Part shown: positions 14,637-31,290 of the stretch, one piece after another
Layout: each line of letters begins with the position of its first letter
Position numbering within the stretch: position 1 is the first letter of the stretch
Source of the DNA: Octopus vulgaris
Lineage: Eukaryota
Assembly (NCBI GenBank): GCA_951406725.2
Contig: OX597829.1
Span: 12,090,001 to 12,154,000, forward strand
Direction: 5' to 3'
DNA length: 64,000 nt
The notes under the pieces: generated by a model
Databases searched by the model: none
What the model saw: only the letters and a program-made list of their open reading frames with translations
Told to the model about the DNA's origin: nothing
Program-made: the position numbers and the translations under genes

Positions 14637-15517
14637 TGAGGTATGATCAATAAGTATCCGGACTGCTACCATAGTAACCAAGCTAAAGCACGCAGAGTAA
14701 AGCCGGTTGGCATAGATTGACCTTGAACTCTGCTGTGCATGCGCACTAGGTTTTAACGTTCTAGTTCACTTTCGCTGTTTACAATAGTGCTTGGAAGGAC
14801 TACTCTGTAGCGTGTGATTATGACAGAAAGTTGTCGTGGCGATACGTACTCAGAGGCCTACGTAAAGTTGCAGAAAGTGTATGGAGAGAAGTGTATGAGC
14901 TGCACGCAAATGTACGAGTGGTTCAGATGTTTCAAAGATGGCTGAAAAATTCTGATATTTATGAACGTTCTCAGTGACTTACAGTCAGCAGAACTGAAAA
15001 AACTTCGCAGATGTGCGTGTAGCTGTGAGAGGAAAATCGTCGAATCACCATCCGTGAGTTATCAGAGGATGTGCAGATTAGTTACGGTTCAGTTCAGTCC
15101 GTAATCCCGGAAGATTTAGGTATGAGACGCGTGTCTGGCAAGTTAGTGCCAAAACTGCTTTCAGATGACCAAAATGTCACTTGGATTTCAGTTGCACAAG
15201 ATCTCTCTGATTGTCTCGAGAACGATGAAAACTTTTTTTAAACTTTGTGTAGGCCTCTGAGCAGTTATTGCTAAGCTATTGGCAAAATTAGATGCAAATT
15301 CTCTGCTCAGCTTTCTCTGTCATTCTCAATGCGACGATCACACGCAACACACGTTCCTTCCAAGAACTGCTGTAAACAGCGGAAGTGAGCTATAACGTTG
15401 AAACTTAATGCGCATGCACAGCATAATTTGAGGTCAATCTGTGCTAAGCGGCTTCACTCTGCGTACTTTAGCTTCATTACTACGACAATAGTCCGGATAC
15501 TTATTGATCACGCCACA
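14637..15517 (+). mobile_element. Mariner-type DNA transposon, internally deleted foldback derivative with TA target duplication
   Basis: Terminal inverted repeats (TGAGGTATGATCAATAAGTATCCGGACT / AGTCCGGATACTTATTGATCACGCCACA) flanked by TA. Transposase N-terminal fragment LQKVYGEKCMS..YEWFRCFKDG..RRITIRELSEDVQISYGSVQSV..DLGMRRVSGKLVPKLLS. Confidence 0.92.
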
Positions 15518-15526
15518 TATACATAC

Positions 15527-15561
<35 letters not shown>

Positions 15562-15949
15562 GGTGCCCCAGCATGACGACTACCTTAGGGTTAAAATATA
15601 TAAAAGAATAAAAGAATATATTTACAGTTATTTGTTTTTCTGTTAACAAACGAATAATGGACGACATTGTGTCTTACTTTTAGGGCATAGTTAAAGAAGG
15701 CAAGTTCATGACCATTTTCCAAGAACTAGAAACTGGTAAAAAGAAAGGAGGAAGTTATCTGCACACACAAGTTCTTGACTAGAATTTAAAAGAAAATGGA
15801 CTTCCTGCAGTTTCCGTTTGCCAAATTCTACTTGAATCCTGTTTGATTCAAGTGGAATTTGATATTAGGCCATGATACAAGAAGTAATAGCCAAATTTAT
15901 GTCAAGTCAAACCCTAAAGTCTAAATTAACGACTATTCATTTGATAAGG

Positions 15950-16625
15950 GCTTCAAATCTTGGCACAGAGCCAGCAGTTTTGGGGAAGGGGCTAAGTCGA
16001 TTACATCGGGCTAAGTGATCAGCAGGTTCTTCTTTTAGTGACCCGAACAGATAAAAGAGTAAGTCGATCTCAGCAGAATTTGATCTACGTAAAATGCTAA
16101 GGATTTTGCCAGCTGGTTGCCTTTGGTTTCACATCTTTTCACAAGGCCAGCAAGTTCGGAGGAGAGAGTAAGTTGATTACATTGACTCCACTGATCAGCA
16201 GGTACTTATTTTATCGATCTCCGAAAGGGATAACAGACAAAGTGTGCTCCGGCGCAATTTGAACTCAGAACGTAAAGACGAACGAAATGTTAGTAAGCAT
16301 TTCGCCCGGCGTGATAACGCTCGCTGCCTAATATGCGTTTGATAATGTTCTGGATACAGTAATGATTGTATTGCACTATTTGAATTCCTACGACCATAGT
16401 TATGTTCACTCATAAAAAAAGCAGGGGTTTAAAGAACAATAACGTTTCTCATATCACATAAACAACAAAGGCGGCATGCCGGATAAAATGCTTATGCTGA
16501 CATTTCGTCCGTCTTTACGTTCTGAGTTCAAATGACTCATCCTTTCGGGGTTGATAAAATAAGTATTAGTTGAGTATTGAAATCGATGATATCATCTAGT
16601 TCCAGGCCTTGTGTCTATAGTACAA
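15950..16625. mobile_element. Cluster of three SINE family B copies (Nin-domain-like; two minus, one plus)
   Basis: Shared motif TTTACGTTCTGAGTTCAAAT..CATCCTTTCGGGG.TGATAAAATAAGTA and its reverse complement. Also at 21530-21630, 37600-37730 and 60140-60540. Confidence 0.8.
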
Positions 16626-16762
16626 AAAATATCACATTTACAACAAATTATCGATACAAGACGCTTGCACAAAGTGGTATGCAACGGAATCGAACCCAGA
16701 ATCACACATATGTGAATCAATTTTCTTAATCACATGTCCAGATCGAACAAACATAAATAGCA

Positions 16763-16763
<1 letters not shown>

Positions 16764-16833
<70 letters not shown>

Positions 16834-17030
16834 AACCGTGTAAAGTAGGCAGGCAGAAATATACAGAGAAAGAGAGAGCGAGACAGAGAGAAAGAGAGAG
16901 AGGGAAAGAGTGAGAGAAAGAGAGAGCGAACGAGATAGAGAGCGCAAGAGTGAGAAAGACAGAGAACGTGTAAAAAATAACTGAAGCAGGCAGACAAAAA
17001 TATGCAGAGAAAGAGCGAGAGAGAGAGAAG
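16764..17030. repeat. (GA)n and GA-rich tract
   Basis: Directly visible. Confidence 0.95.
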
Positions 17031-17463
17031 AGAAATTTCTGGAAGGTACGAAAATCATATGACCTTTTTAGTGTGAACAACTTGACTTTTTCTATAGGTA
17101 GAAAGTGAACCCACTCCGTTAATAAAAATATAAAATGTGAAATGAAACAATGTGTCAAAATAAGAAATTAAATAAATGCAAGAACCCGCACCTAATAAAA
17201 AATGGAAACTAAAAGAAATACAAAGAAAAAACGGTTATTTCTGAAGAAAGTTTTTCAATTGAGAGCAAGTTCAATATCCTTGTGCGTGTAATTGTTTCGT
17301 TGGCCAAATTTAATAAGAGATTTTCCCATAGTATCTAGAAGCAGATTTCACGAATGTCAGATTGGTATGTTCGCCCGACCAATACAAACTTTTAAGTTGC
17401 AGAATCACATCGAGCGTCTAATGTTCAAACGGATATTGTCGTTCTTTTCGTTGATATAAGCTT

Positions 17464-17512
17464 TGGCAACGAGACTTCCGGCAGCGAGATTTCCGGCAAC
17501 GAGATTTCCGGT
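17464..17512. repeat. Three tandem 15-bp units (GGCAACGAGATTTCC-like)
   Basis: Directly visible. Confidence 0.85.
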
Positions 17513-17580
17513 CAGGATTGAAATGTGCTGTCATTAATATCAAGAGAATTCACAGGGAAAATGAGAGAGCACACACGCGT

Positions 17581-20390
<2,810 letters not shown>

Positions 20391-20449
20391 ACAAATATAT
20401 TGGTAGATAGAAAAAGCTCGTGAAAAGATGGAGGGTAGAATGTAAAGAA

Positions 20450-21250
20450 GGGACAAAGAATAATTATATGAAGTTAGATAGTAGAACACTATAAGAAAAC
20501 AGGTAGAGATGTGGAGTACCTGACAACATTCCAGTTCGCGGGTACCCAATTGGGATTTATGCTTGAAGTAGATCTGCACCTCTGTAAAAGAGAGGTGTTG
20601 AAGAAATCGTGTCTGACTATGATCGACTACATCAACTTAACGTCTAGAAATCTATGTAGATGTCATACTCTTAACTCATATGTGCACATCGTTAGATACG
20701 ACTTGCTGAACTTTCAGTGTAGAGGACTTGCAGAACATATCTCTCCCACAAAAGGCAAAAAAGAAATAAAGCTTCCAACTGGTGAAGAGAAAACTAAGAC
20801 AACATTCCCATTAACTGCATCTTCCCGACCTTTCAAAGAAAGGTTGGGTTTCTCACAGCCCACCTTTCTCGTAACGTTATTCAAGCTCGTTTTCACGTAT
20901 TTGTGCGGACCTAACCAAGTAACAATCAATTTAACAATATCATACGTCCAGGGTCTCCTACCCGCCTACACAGCACTAATTTTCGGCATGGACTTATCTC
21001 TCCAAGTACCGAATTGCAGGCTTACCGCTTATTTGATTAATTTTTGCTTTGCTCCTATCTGGTATCGTTTAGAATGGTGCAAACCACTTCGAATTTTGTG
21101 GTGTCCGATATTAGTACGGTGGCATCTTCCGCATATATAGACACGGTTCTTCAGTACCTTAGTTCGAACGTGATGCCCTCCAACTACTCCAGATTCTGCA
21201 GTTGTATCTCCAGAGTCATTATACATAGAAAGGTCCAGAGAGCATACTCT
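20450..21250 (-). mobile_element. Decayed L1-Tx1-like RT fragment
   Basis: Minus strand reads VSIYAEDATVLI and LSLKGREDAVN, homologous to SAYADDVTVIL and LSLKGRAEVVN at 29150-29470. Confidence 0.75.
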
Positions 21251-21367
21251 TGACAAACCAAGCAAATGATATCAACTGGATACACTTGACGAATGATATC
21301 AAAAGGATACTCTTGATGAATCAAGCAAATGATATCAAATGGTATCAAATGATATCAAATGGTATAC
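21250..21367. repeat. Short minisatellite (AAATGATATC-based)
   Basis: Directly visible. Confidence 0.8.
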
Positions 21368-22205
21368 GATTTTTGCTCTGATTACTGAGCAGGAGCCGCT
21401 GTGCATTGAAAACAAACCAATCTCTGAAGTTGGTACAGAAATCAGCTGAATTGAAGATAGCCGTCTAGTAACAATAGTTGATCCTATCGACAATAATAGT
21501 TGATTTTAATAGAGGCGCAAATAAATATATAATGGGTGGATCATTTAGACTGACTTTGAGTAGTATTTCCTTTTATCGACACCAGAAAGACGAAAGCCAA
21601 AGCAGAACTTGACAGGATTTGAAGTTAGAATATAAGTAAACAACTAGATATCTTGCTAACATCCGTCTACAGTCGATTTAATAGTAGGTGAATCTTTGAA
21701 GAAAATCATGTGAACTTCCAGAAATGATATCGTGAAAGATTATTTTGTTTCATTTTATTTCTTCTCTTATAGCATGACTAAATCGTCTTCAAACCGATTG
21801 AAACCGGTCGTATACTTTGATAAGAATATAAATATTTTATTTTTTTATGCGTTCTCTTCATTTCTTTTCATTTTTATTATATTGTGCAAGACCTTAACCG
21901 TTTCTCTCTCTCCCCATCTCTCTCTCTCTCTTTATATATTTATACACAAATAAATAAAGTAGGATATCAGAATACCACTTGCTAGAAAGTGGAGCTAGCA
22001 CTCCAAATCCGCTATAAACTCACAATAAAGATGCACACGAGTAATGCAATGAACATATTAAAAATAGGCTTACTTTTGCGTTTAATACAACAGTAACTAA
22101 TGTATATTTCAATACCAATTAATTTCATCCACTGTACGCCTTAGATTGTGCCTGTAACGGTGTGAACTTTCTGGCCACCTTATTATTACCTCTAATCTCT
22201 AATTC

Positions 22206-22261
<56 letters not shown>

Positions 22262-22559
22262 GGATGTAAACACACTATATGTTTTTATGTGCTTCTAATA
22301 GTTTTATGTGCTGCGAACTGGCCATACATTGTTTTATAACAAGTCTGGTGTCACAGAACAATTATCAGACATGACATAACAATTTAAAAATGGAGGAAGA
22401 CAAAAAGCAAGGAAAGGCGAGAAGAAAGCATATATAAAAAGTGAAGGGTTGAAAAACCGGAAAACAAAAATGTAATCAGAAAGAAAAATGAAAGGCTGGA
22501 GAATAAGAGTTATTTCCCTTAGACCGTAAATTAAAAAGTTGAAACAGATCGTGGCTTAG

Positions 22560-23570
22560 AGCCTATGGTGCAGTTATTAATCCGGCGATTAATTCCCAAT
22601 TCTTCAACGGGAACTTAGGCATATGCATACAACCGCTGAAAATTTCGGATCTAAAGTCAAGCAGTGAGTTAAAGTTCTTAGATGTGAAAAGGAGCTGAGT
22701 TCTTTCTGCTACGCATAACTTGTATTTTTTGATCCGTTAAAATATGGTGTGAATTTTCCAACTATCTTCCGATTTATCATATGTGACGTTGCGTTTGATA
22801 TCAAATTCCATACGTGGCTAGCTTTGCTTTTGTCTCTGTATCGAAAGGAAGATATGTGATTTGTATAGCGATCATTGAATTCACCTTCACAAAGTTCGAT
22901 ATAACACTTCTTAATTGCGTTAATCATATATCACCGGTCGAGTGAACAAGTTCCTGGGTCTCGAAAGTTACTACTGGGAGTAGGTTCTTGGTGTTTGTCT
23001 CGTGTAATGATATTCTTTATATTGGGGCAACAGCTATAATAATAATTTCACAGATCGCCTGTTAAATATTTTCCTGTACCTGTGATCTTCTGGAAAATGT
23101 TTGTCATGGGGAGACAGGAATCTTTTACCCATCTTAGATTTTACGTTAAGGGGAAAGGGAGGGGGCGAACCAAATAGTTTTTGTTGGTCTATTTTTAGGT
23201 CTACCATTATTATTCCGATTAATATTAAGTTATCTTTAAAGCCACCATTGGCTAGGGAATTGTTATAGTAGGGGGCTGACTTCTCAAGAATTTATTTAGA
23301 TGAAAAGAGGTCAGAACTGTAATTAATGTTAGCTAAATATTACAGGTGGGTGACAAGAGGGTGTATATAGGCAAGTTTTTCTTATGAGAGAAAGTTAGGC
23401 TTATGGTAAGGTTTATAAGAGAAGTCAGTTGCATACTGGGGTCGATCTAATCTACTGGACACCTCACTAAGATTTTGGGCCTTTAGTAGAAAAGAATATT
23501 TCTTAGTATTTTTTTTTAGCTACTAACCCAATTTCAGACCTCGCTGGGTTTAACAATCTAGAAGTGGATT
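22560..23570 (-). mobile_element. Decayed Penelope-like element, 3' part (RT thumb/linker and GIY-YIG endonuclease)
   Basis: Minus strand reads WFAPPPFPLNVKSKMGKRFL, DKHFPEDHRYRKIFNRRSVKL, SCCPNI and YIELCEGEFNDRYTNHISSFR. Confidence 0.8.
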
Positions 23571-23622
23571 TATGAAAATTAGGTTATATATATATGTATA
23601 TGTGTGTGTATATGCACACACA

Positions 23623-23903
<281 letters not shown>

Positions 23904-24029
23904 ACGACAGAGTGAACATACAGAGTAAACAATCGACGAATTTTGCGAGAAGCAACTTGATAATAAAAAGAAATCATTATGAATGCATCATATTTAACGT
24001 ATGTGTATAACTGAAACACCAGAAACCGG

Positions 24030-24600
24030 TACTGGTAGTGACACTAGTGTTGGTGTCTGTGTTGATACTGGCGATGTTTGTGGTTATGGTGCTGGTGGTG
24101 GAGGTGTGTGTGATGGTGGTGATATTGGAAGTGGTTGTGCTTGTATTTGTGGTGGTGGTTGTTATGGCAGTGGTTGTCGTTGTAATTGTGTTGGTAGTGG
24201 CAGTAGTGATGAGTATAGTGGTAGCTGGAGTGGTGTTGGTTGTGGCGGAGTTCGTGTTGTTGTTGCTGGTGATGGTGATAGTTTTGGTGATAATGGTGGT
24301 GGTGGTTGTGGTGGCAGTAAATTCAGTTGTGTTGGCATTCGCGGTAAAGATGAATGTGGGTTGTTATTGTGCTGGTGGTGGCCTTGGCGGTACCGATGTT
24401 GCTGGTGCTGGTGGTAGAACTAGTAATGGTGTTGACAGGGGTGGTGATGGTGGTGTTTGGGCGTTTCTGTAGTTGTAGTGCTGGTAGTTATGATGATGGT
24501 GGTTGCCGCGGTGTTGTCGTGATGGTAATGTGGTGTTCGTGGTGGCGATTACTGTGTGCCGGCGGTGGCGTTGCCAATAGTAATTGCTTCCGCCTAGGTC
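24030..24600. repeat. Degenerate GGT/GTT low-complexity tract
   Basis: Directly visible. Confidence 0.85.
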
Positions 24601-25011
24601 GATGTTTGAGCGCAAAAGATGTAACAGTCAGCCAAGTGGTTGGCAGTTAACGTCTCCAAAGACAAGTGTTTAACTGTGACCCTTTCACTACTTGACGTGC
24701 TCAGTTGTATGGCCCGGAGGATGATGGACGATGGAAAGTAATAGAGATTTCAATAATGAGAACCTTCATAATTAACAACTCAACATTAACATTTGTTTAT
24801 TATACGGAGTACATAACGTTAACCACTAGCAATGGTGCCTTGTAACAGACGACCAAAACTAGATTGCCCATTTCCGGCCGTGACTGGTGTTTTCTACATA
24901 ATAGGGAACACATGAGTGTATAAAATATATGAAGGTTTCAATCATTGAGAGTGAAATTACAGACCGTAACCAGAAATTGGGGCAAGTTCAGTAACCTGAG
25001 TTGGCCGCAAA

Positions 25012-25042
<31 letters not shown>

Positions 25043-25198
25043 TGTATGTATGTATGTATGTATGTATGTATGTATGTATGTATGTATGTATGTATGTATG
25101 TATGTATGTATGTATGCATGCATGCATGCATGTATGTATGTATGTATATGTGTGTATGTATGTATTTATGTATGTGTGTGTATCTGTGTGTATGTGTG

Positions 25199-25233
<35 letters not shown>

Positions 25234-25456
25234 GGATGGACGCTAGTCAATCCGGTATGGATGGACGCTAGTCAAATAGGCTCCACGTAAGTTGGCCACT
25301 TTTACATGTTTAAAACTCCTTGTTGTAAAATATTTTGTTTTTAATCGTTGTACAAGTTCATTCACAAAAAGACCTGAGACTTTTTCACGTAGAATTCTGC
25401 CCCTGTATGGGCGAAATTACCAAAAGTTTCAAATCTTTCGTGGGTTCATTTTGAAA

Positions 25457-25585
25457 ATGGCAACTGGAAACCACGTGGCTAACCCGCCAGTCATGCGGAA
25501 CGGTAGCGAAACACTATTGCTGCCATTAGCTGCTAAACCTCGCAGCTTGAACACCGCTGTCACCACCACCACCACCACCACCACC

Positions 25586-25617
<32 letters not shown>

Positions 25618-27407
25618 AACTAACGTCGCAAGACCATTCACCATCGCCGCCACCAAAGACATTAACTTAGATTTTCCCCCACTCCCTACACCACTTGTCG
25701 ATGAAAGAAGGACGGAGAAAGGGATTTCAAAAACGAATACAGACACAAACATGAATGCCAGTACCACCACTATCACTACCAACAACAACAACAACGAAAT
25801 CAGCACAAAGACGCCTACAAAAGACAACAACGCCAACACCAACACCACTACCACGACTTCAACTGCAACAACTAACTCATCTGCTGTTAACACCACCAAA
25901 ATTAAAACGAATTTGCGGAAGCGACAAAACAAAAACGGACAATCGTAAAATTCGCCACACATGAAACAAACCTCACAAAAGCACTCTTCACCAAAGGAGA
26001 TAAATTGCATCTTCACATTCCACAAAACATCGTGGAAAACACACACAAAAAACAATAATCTACCAAGACATCAACAAGAAAACAAGACGACCAGAAAATG
26101 CACCGCAGCAAAAAATTGAAAAATGCCTTCGTCCTGCATGGGATTCAAAAGAGTATATTAGTTGGGGAAATAAATTTGGCACAGTCCAAGTAGGTTTCCA
26201 CAACGAAAATCTAGCAAAACGATTTTCCACATCGGAGCTGCATTCAGACGACTTGGTGATGATACCAACCTATTTAGGCCAGAGGGTGACGAAATGCAAA
26301 TAAAAATGTACCACGTGGATTCGAAATACAATGGTTAGTTTCTGCCATCTGCTTTGAAATGTCAGAGTCAAACATTCTTGAAATCGTTATTCTAGAACAG
26401 AAAACTGGGTGGGAAAATCAATCCAATTCCTCCTTCAATTGGAGGAAACAACAAGAGAAAAGATACCCACCACTATAGAACTGCCAGAAGGCTACAAACT
26501 CTATGTAGTGGTAGAGGGCAGGCGACCACGTTGCTATTTGTGCGGAGGCGAAACACTTTTGAAAAAGAAGTGTCCAACCACGGCACAACAAGAGCAACAA
26601 CAACAACCACTACCACAACCAAAACACTCCGAAAAAAAAGCTCTACTACCCACACCACCATCAACACAGAAGACGACAAGAGAAGCACACCAAGCTAATC
26701 CATCACCAATCAAAAATAATACAACACTTGAGAAAATACCAACATCACCAACAACAGCAAGAACCAAAGGAACAGAAAAACAAAGAAAATATACAAAAAC
26801 TGATTCCCCATCCCCTATACCGCACTCACCACACACAAACACTCAACAATCAACAGCAACGAAAACAACAACACAACCACTTACACAGACATACATAGAA
26901 GCCTACAACATACCCCTACACCCTTCTATTTCCTCAGAAAATTCGTCGGAAGACGAAACCAGCAAGGAATGGCAAATAGCTAGAAAAGGAAGGAAAAGAA
27001 AAGAGCAGAAACACAACCAACCCAAATGCAAAACAAACAAAGCAGGGGGAAATACATCTCCCCAAAACATTTCGAAACCCACCACAAACAACAGCCACAC
27101 CAACACCACAAAAATATATACAGCAAACATGCTCACAGCTATAGACGCCAAAAACACAAATTTGATGAAATACATCAAATCTAAAACAAACATAACAGAA
27201 GATGACATAAAAACAAACTATCACCCATACACAACACCTCCGGATCACATCAAAATACTACATATGTCCAGAAGTCTGCACCATACACTAAAAGGCATTT
27301 TCCCCAGTGCGGTTGGTAAATGCCAAAAATACCTCACAATGAAACTTTACTGGGATCTCCTCGGGGACAAACCAAAGGAGGAGAAAGCAAAAACTTTCGA
27401 ACAGTAA
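25457..27407 (+). pseudogene. Tx1-like ORF1 (frameshifted; Thr/Asn-rich N-terminus, degenerate zinc knuckle)
   Basis: MATGNHVANPP..., then LYVVVEGRRPRCYLCG....KKKCP. Confidence 0.75.
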
Positions 27408-27439
27408 GTAACCCTCTGTTCCTTTCGCTTGTATTCTAA

Positions 27440-30283
27440 TTCATTAGGATTAGGATCAAGATTGGTTGTGTAAATGCACGTGGCTTGGGGTCCCCTTGGA
27501 AACAAGGGTACCTCTTAAATGACATAAATTCACACAAGTTAGAAATCATAACCATAAGTGAGACCAGACTCCACAATCCGCAGGCCCTAAAGTCCATGTT
27601 TGGCGGACAGTTCAACGCTTTCATCAAATTTGTGTTTTTCTGACATGTACCGACTCGACCACCCAAATGCGCCAACGTGGACATGGAGCAACCGCATCGG
27701 GTCGTCGAGATCGTATCTAGATAGGATACTGTGTAGGACAGTAGATAAAGATAGCATAGGATGTCCACAATTTCACATAGTCAGCTACACGGATCACAAA
27801 CTTGTGACATGTACGCTAGACTTAGGTAAAACATTTCGGCAGGGTCTCGGATACTGGAAACTAAACGCGTCTTTCCCATCGAGACAGGTTTTCAGAGACC
27901 GGATTAGCACACTAGTAAAGAGGACTTTGACGGGAGCCATCATCAACAACAAATGGTGGTTTGCACTCAAGAGAGCAGTAAAAGCAGAAGCGATTAGGTA
28001 CAGCAAAGTACTAGCCATAGATAGAAACAGAGTAGAGGGTGAGCTAGTTAAGGAGCTAGAAGAGGCAATTAGAAGCGGCATCGCATCCGACGTTTTAGCG
28101 GCGAGGTTGGCCCTCGACGAACACTTCAACGCCAAACACGAAGTGTGTGTTGTCAGAGCTAGGATGCGTGCTCTAAGGAACGAAGGTGTTGGAGCTGCGC
28201 GAGAGGCCCGGGTGGCAGAGGCGCAACAGGGCAACAAATCCACCATTCGGTCTCTTGTAGACGAACAGGGGCGCGAATTGCTCGAGCCAAGTAAAATGTG
28301 TGAGGCTTTTCAACAGCATTTTCCCCGACTGTTCGGGACGAGTGGCGGGCAAGAACATAGACTTCAGTGCCTACCTACGCAGCCTACCACGACTCTCGAC
28401 AAGAGAGGCAGGGTGCCTCGAAGGTGCCATCACGGCGGCGGAAGTGTAGGACGCGATGGCAGAATGCTCGAGGGACAAATCGCCGGGTTTGGATGGTCTG
28501 CCCTACGAGCTTTACATTTGTATGCCAGATTTGTTTGGAAACGTCTTGGCAGCAGTGTACTACAACTGACAGCAAAACGGGAGCATTCCTGGTTTTGATA
28601 GCCGAGGAGCCGTAACACTGCTGTAACAAGGGGGATGTAATAGATAACTGTAGGCCCATCACTCTGCTTATTGCAGACTTGAAAGTTTTGGCCAAGGTGT
28701 TAGCCAAGAGGTTGGCGCTTGTAATCGAGAAACTAGTCGACAAGGCGCAAACGTGCGCCGTGTCGGGCCGGAGCATCCATGACAACCTCCATCTGATGCG
28801 CTACATCATAGACAGAGTAGTTAAGGAACCTGGCATGGGTGGGGCCCTGATCAATTTGGATCAATCGAAAGCTTTCGATAGGGTAGACCATCGATACTTG
28901 GAGGCAGTCCTGAGAGCGGCTGGTTTCGGTCCCGTTTTCCGCGGCTGGATAACCGCTTTGTACAGAGGTATCCGCTCGGTAATTCGCGGAGATGGACATC
29001 TATCGAGACCTTTCGACATTGCACGTTCGGTCTGTCAGGGATGCCCCCTCTCGTTGCTTCTCTACGTATTGACTCTCAAGCCACTATTGCGGAAGCTGGC
29101 GACTCTGAGAGGCATTCCGCGAGAATTGGGATGCGGGACGAGCGTGTCTGCATACGCGGACGACGTCACCGTCATATTGTCAAGCCACGAGCACATGGAG
29201 CTGGTCGGCGAGACACTGAAAGACTACGAAGCGGTGACAGGATCGAAAATCAACCGGGAAAAGTCAGTGTGCTTGCGGCGCGGCACCTGGAATAGCACCT
29301 CGATCGTGGGACGCTGGACGGACGGCCCGGTTGAGTTGCTCGGGGTCTGGTTCGGTCCGGACCTCCAAATGGAGAAGAACTGGAACGAGATAACGAGTAG
29401 GGTGGTCACTCTCACCCGGCAATGGGCCGAGAGGAAACTGTCCCTAAAAGGTCGGGCGGAGGTGGTGAACACGTACATCGCGTCCGTCATCTACTACCAC
29501 CTGACCGTCGTACCTTGTCCTGACCCTACCATCACCAAACTAGAACGCATTCTCTTTCGCTTCTTGTGGAAAGGATGCGACCCGATGGACCAGGCGATCC
29601 ATTTGCTGTCAACACCCGTTAAAAGGAGGGCTGGGCATGCCGTGGTTGATGATACGCGCTGAGACTGCGACATCTCCAGCTCTATGTAGACGACGGTGAA
29701 TAGGTGTAGTCACCGTTTGTAAAGCACGCCTTCCCCCAGTTCGTCTCCATGACCGAACTGCAGTCGTGGATCAAAAAGAGGCCGAGGAAGGGCGAATGGC
29801 ACCGCGAGTGTCGTGTTGCTCTCAAGCAACTATGCTGTCCCGGGTCGACCTTGAGTGACTTCAACACAACCAAAGCATTCTATAGGGGATTAGTGGAGGG
29901 GAGGTACGACGACGATCTTGGGGCGAACCTGGGCGTCGACGAAGAATAGTTGACCCGCATGTTTGAGACAACTTTCGGGCCGGAACCTATGGAGAACTTC
30001 CAGAGATCCCTGGCCTGGTAGTGCTACCGAGAAACGCTACCCGTTCGGGATAAGCTCTATAGGCTCGAGAAAATTGGGGCCGACCTGTCCGAGATGCGGT
30101 CAGAGCGACGAAACCGTTCTGCACGCAATCGTGCAGTGTCCAACAATCTCCGACCTGTGGGCTTATGTCGAACGACTGCTGTCACGTGTGGGACGTGCCG
30201 GTTTATCAGCCGAGTCTATCGTTAATATTGTCACGCCTCGTTTCTTCAAACGGAAAGGAAGAGCTATTTTTATCATCCTTGTC
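27440..30283 (+). pseudogene. Tx1-like ORF2: AP endonuclease, reverse transcriptase, CCHC
   Basis: IGCVNARGL..ISETR, WTWSN..SYLDRIL..TDHKLV, GYWKLN, NLDQSKAFDRVDH, QGCPLS, SAYADDVTV and CPRCGQSDETVLHAIVQC. Several stops and frameshifts. Confidence 0.92.
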
Positions 30284-30620
30284 AATCTCTCACCAACTTC
30301 TTTATATAAAGCTGAGTTATAAAAATCAGCGTTACTATTGAAAACGGTTTCGTTGGCGGATAAATTAGATATTCTAAGCGACATGTTTTTAACCAAATTT
30401 TTTGCTATATTATTGTGGTGGTTACTAAAAATGCTGATGTATTTCAGCTTGGTTGAAGGTTTATGGTATTGGAGATACAAGGCCGTATTTAAGTGTAGAG
30501 TAAGATCGAGAAAGTTAACCTTAGTTCTATCATCATCAAAGGAAATACTTAGACCATTTTACTAAAGAATTTGACTAAATTTCGTTTAACGTTTTGTAGT
30601 TTTTGATCACAGCTATTTTG
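30284..30620 (-). mobile_element. Penelope-like RT thumb fragment
   Basis: Minus strand reads VNFLDLTL..YHKPSTKLKYISIFSNH..IAKNLVKNMSLRISNLSANETVFN...YNSAL. Confidence 0.8.
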
Positions 30621-30671
30621 TAGGTAAAATAGGCAGTCACACACACACACACACTTCGCACGCGCACACAC

Positions 30672-30830
30672 ATACGGCTATGTGGTATGAAGCTTGCTTC
30701 CCAGCCACATGGTTCCGGGTTCAGTCCCATATGTCTTCTACTAAAGCCTCGGGCCGACCAAAGGCTTATGAATGGATTTTGCAGACGGAAACTGAAAAGA
30801 TCTCGTCGTATGTGTGTGTGTGTGTGTCTG
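30672..30830 (+). mobile_element. SINE family A head
   Basis: GGCTATGTGGTATGAAGCTTGCTTCCCAGCCACATGGTTCCGGGTTCAGTCCC. Confidence 0.85.
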
Positions 30831-30899
30831 TGTGTTTGTATGTGATTGACCCTCTCGCTGAAGACGACATATGAGCGTGCAGCTTTTGCCGAACGATCT

Positions 30900-31120
30900 G
30901 CACAAATGTTTTGTTTATAGTGATCAAATGTATGTGTTGTACGTTGGCGCACTTCTTCCATCAAATCGACATTGTCTGAACAAGTGCATCGTGTACAACG
31001 CGTCATGTGTTGAAGTGATTGCAGACCATGGTGAGTTAAAGTGTTTCGCTCAAGAACACAAAGCACCACCCGATCCAGGAATTCAAACCACAATCGTGAG
31101 TGCAACATCCTAGCCACGTG
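30900..31120 (-). mobile_element. Another tRNA/CORE-like SINE, decayed
   Basis: Minus strand reads GTGGCTAGGATGTTGCACTCACGATTGTGGTTTGAATTCCTGG...TGTGTTCTTGAGCGAAACACTTTAACTC. Confidence 0.6.
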
Positions 31121-31135
31121 TGCGCATATACGATG

Positions 31136-31191
<56 letters not shown>

Positions 31192-31254
31192 AATGGCGGT
31201 GCCCCAGCATGGCCACAGCTCATTAGCTGAAACTGGAAAGATCAAAATCAAATC

Positions 31255-31290
<36 letters not shown>

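Larger units (their letters stand above)
25231..30283 (+). mobile_element. Near-full-length L1-Tx1-like LINE, inactivated and lacking its 3' end
   Basis: Two-ORF architecture (ORF1 with zinc knuckle, ORF2 with APE, RT and C-terminal CCHC). Starts within a (TATG)/(TATC) microsatellite. Confidence 0.9.

Noticed and set aside
20511-21140. 209-aa plus-strand ORF as a host gene
   Set aside because: It is the antisense frame of a decayed Tx1-like RT.
22280-22375. Hammerhead relic downstream of the minus-strand Penelope fragment
   Set aside because: It needs several core substitutions (CTGATAA, AAAA), so it is not supportable by eye.
24001-24417. Gly/Cys-rich keratin-associated-like protein
   Set aside because: It is a degenerate GGT/GTT microsatellite open in several frames, with no gene structure.
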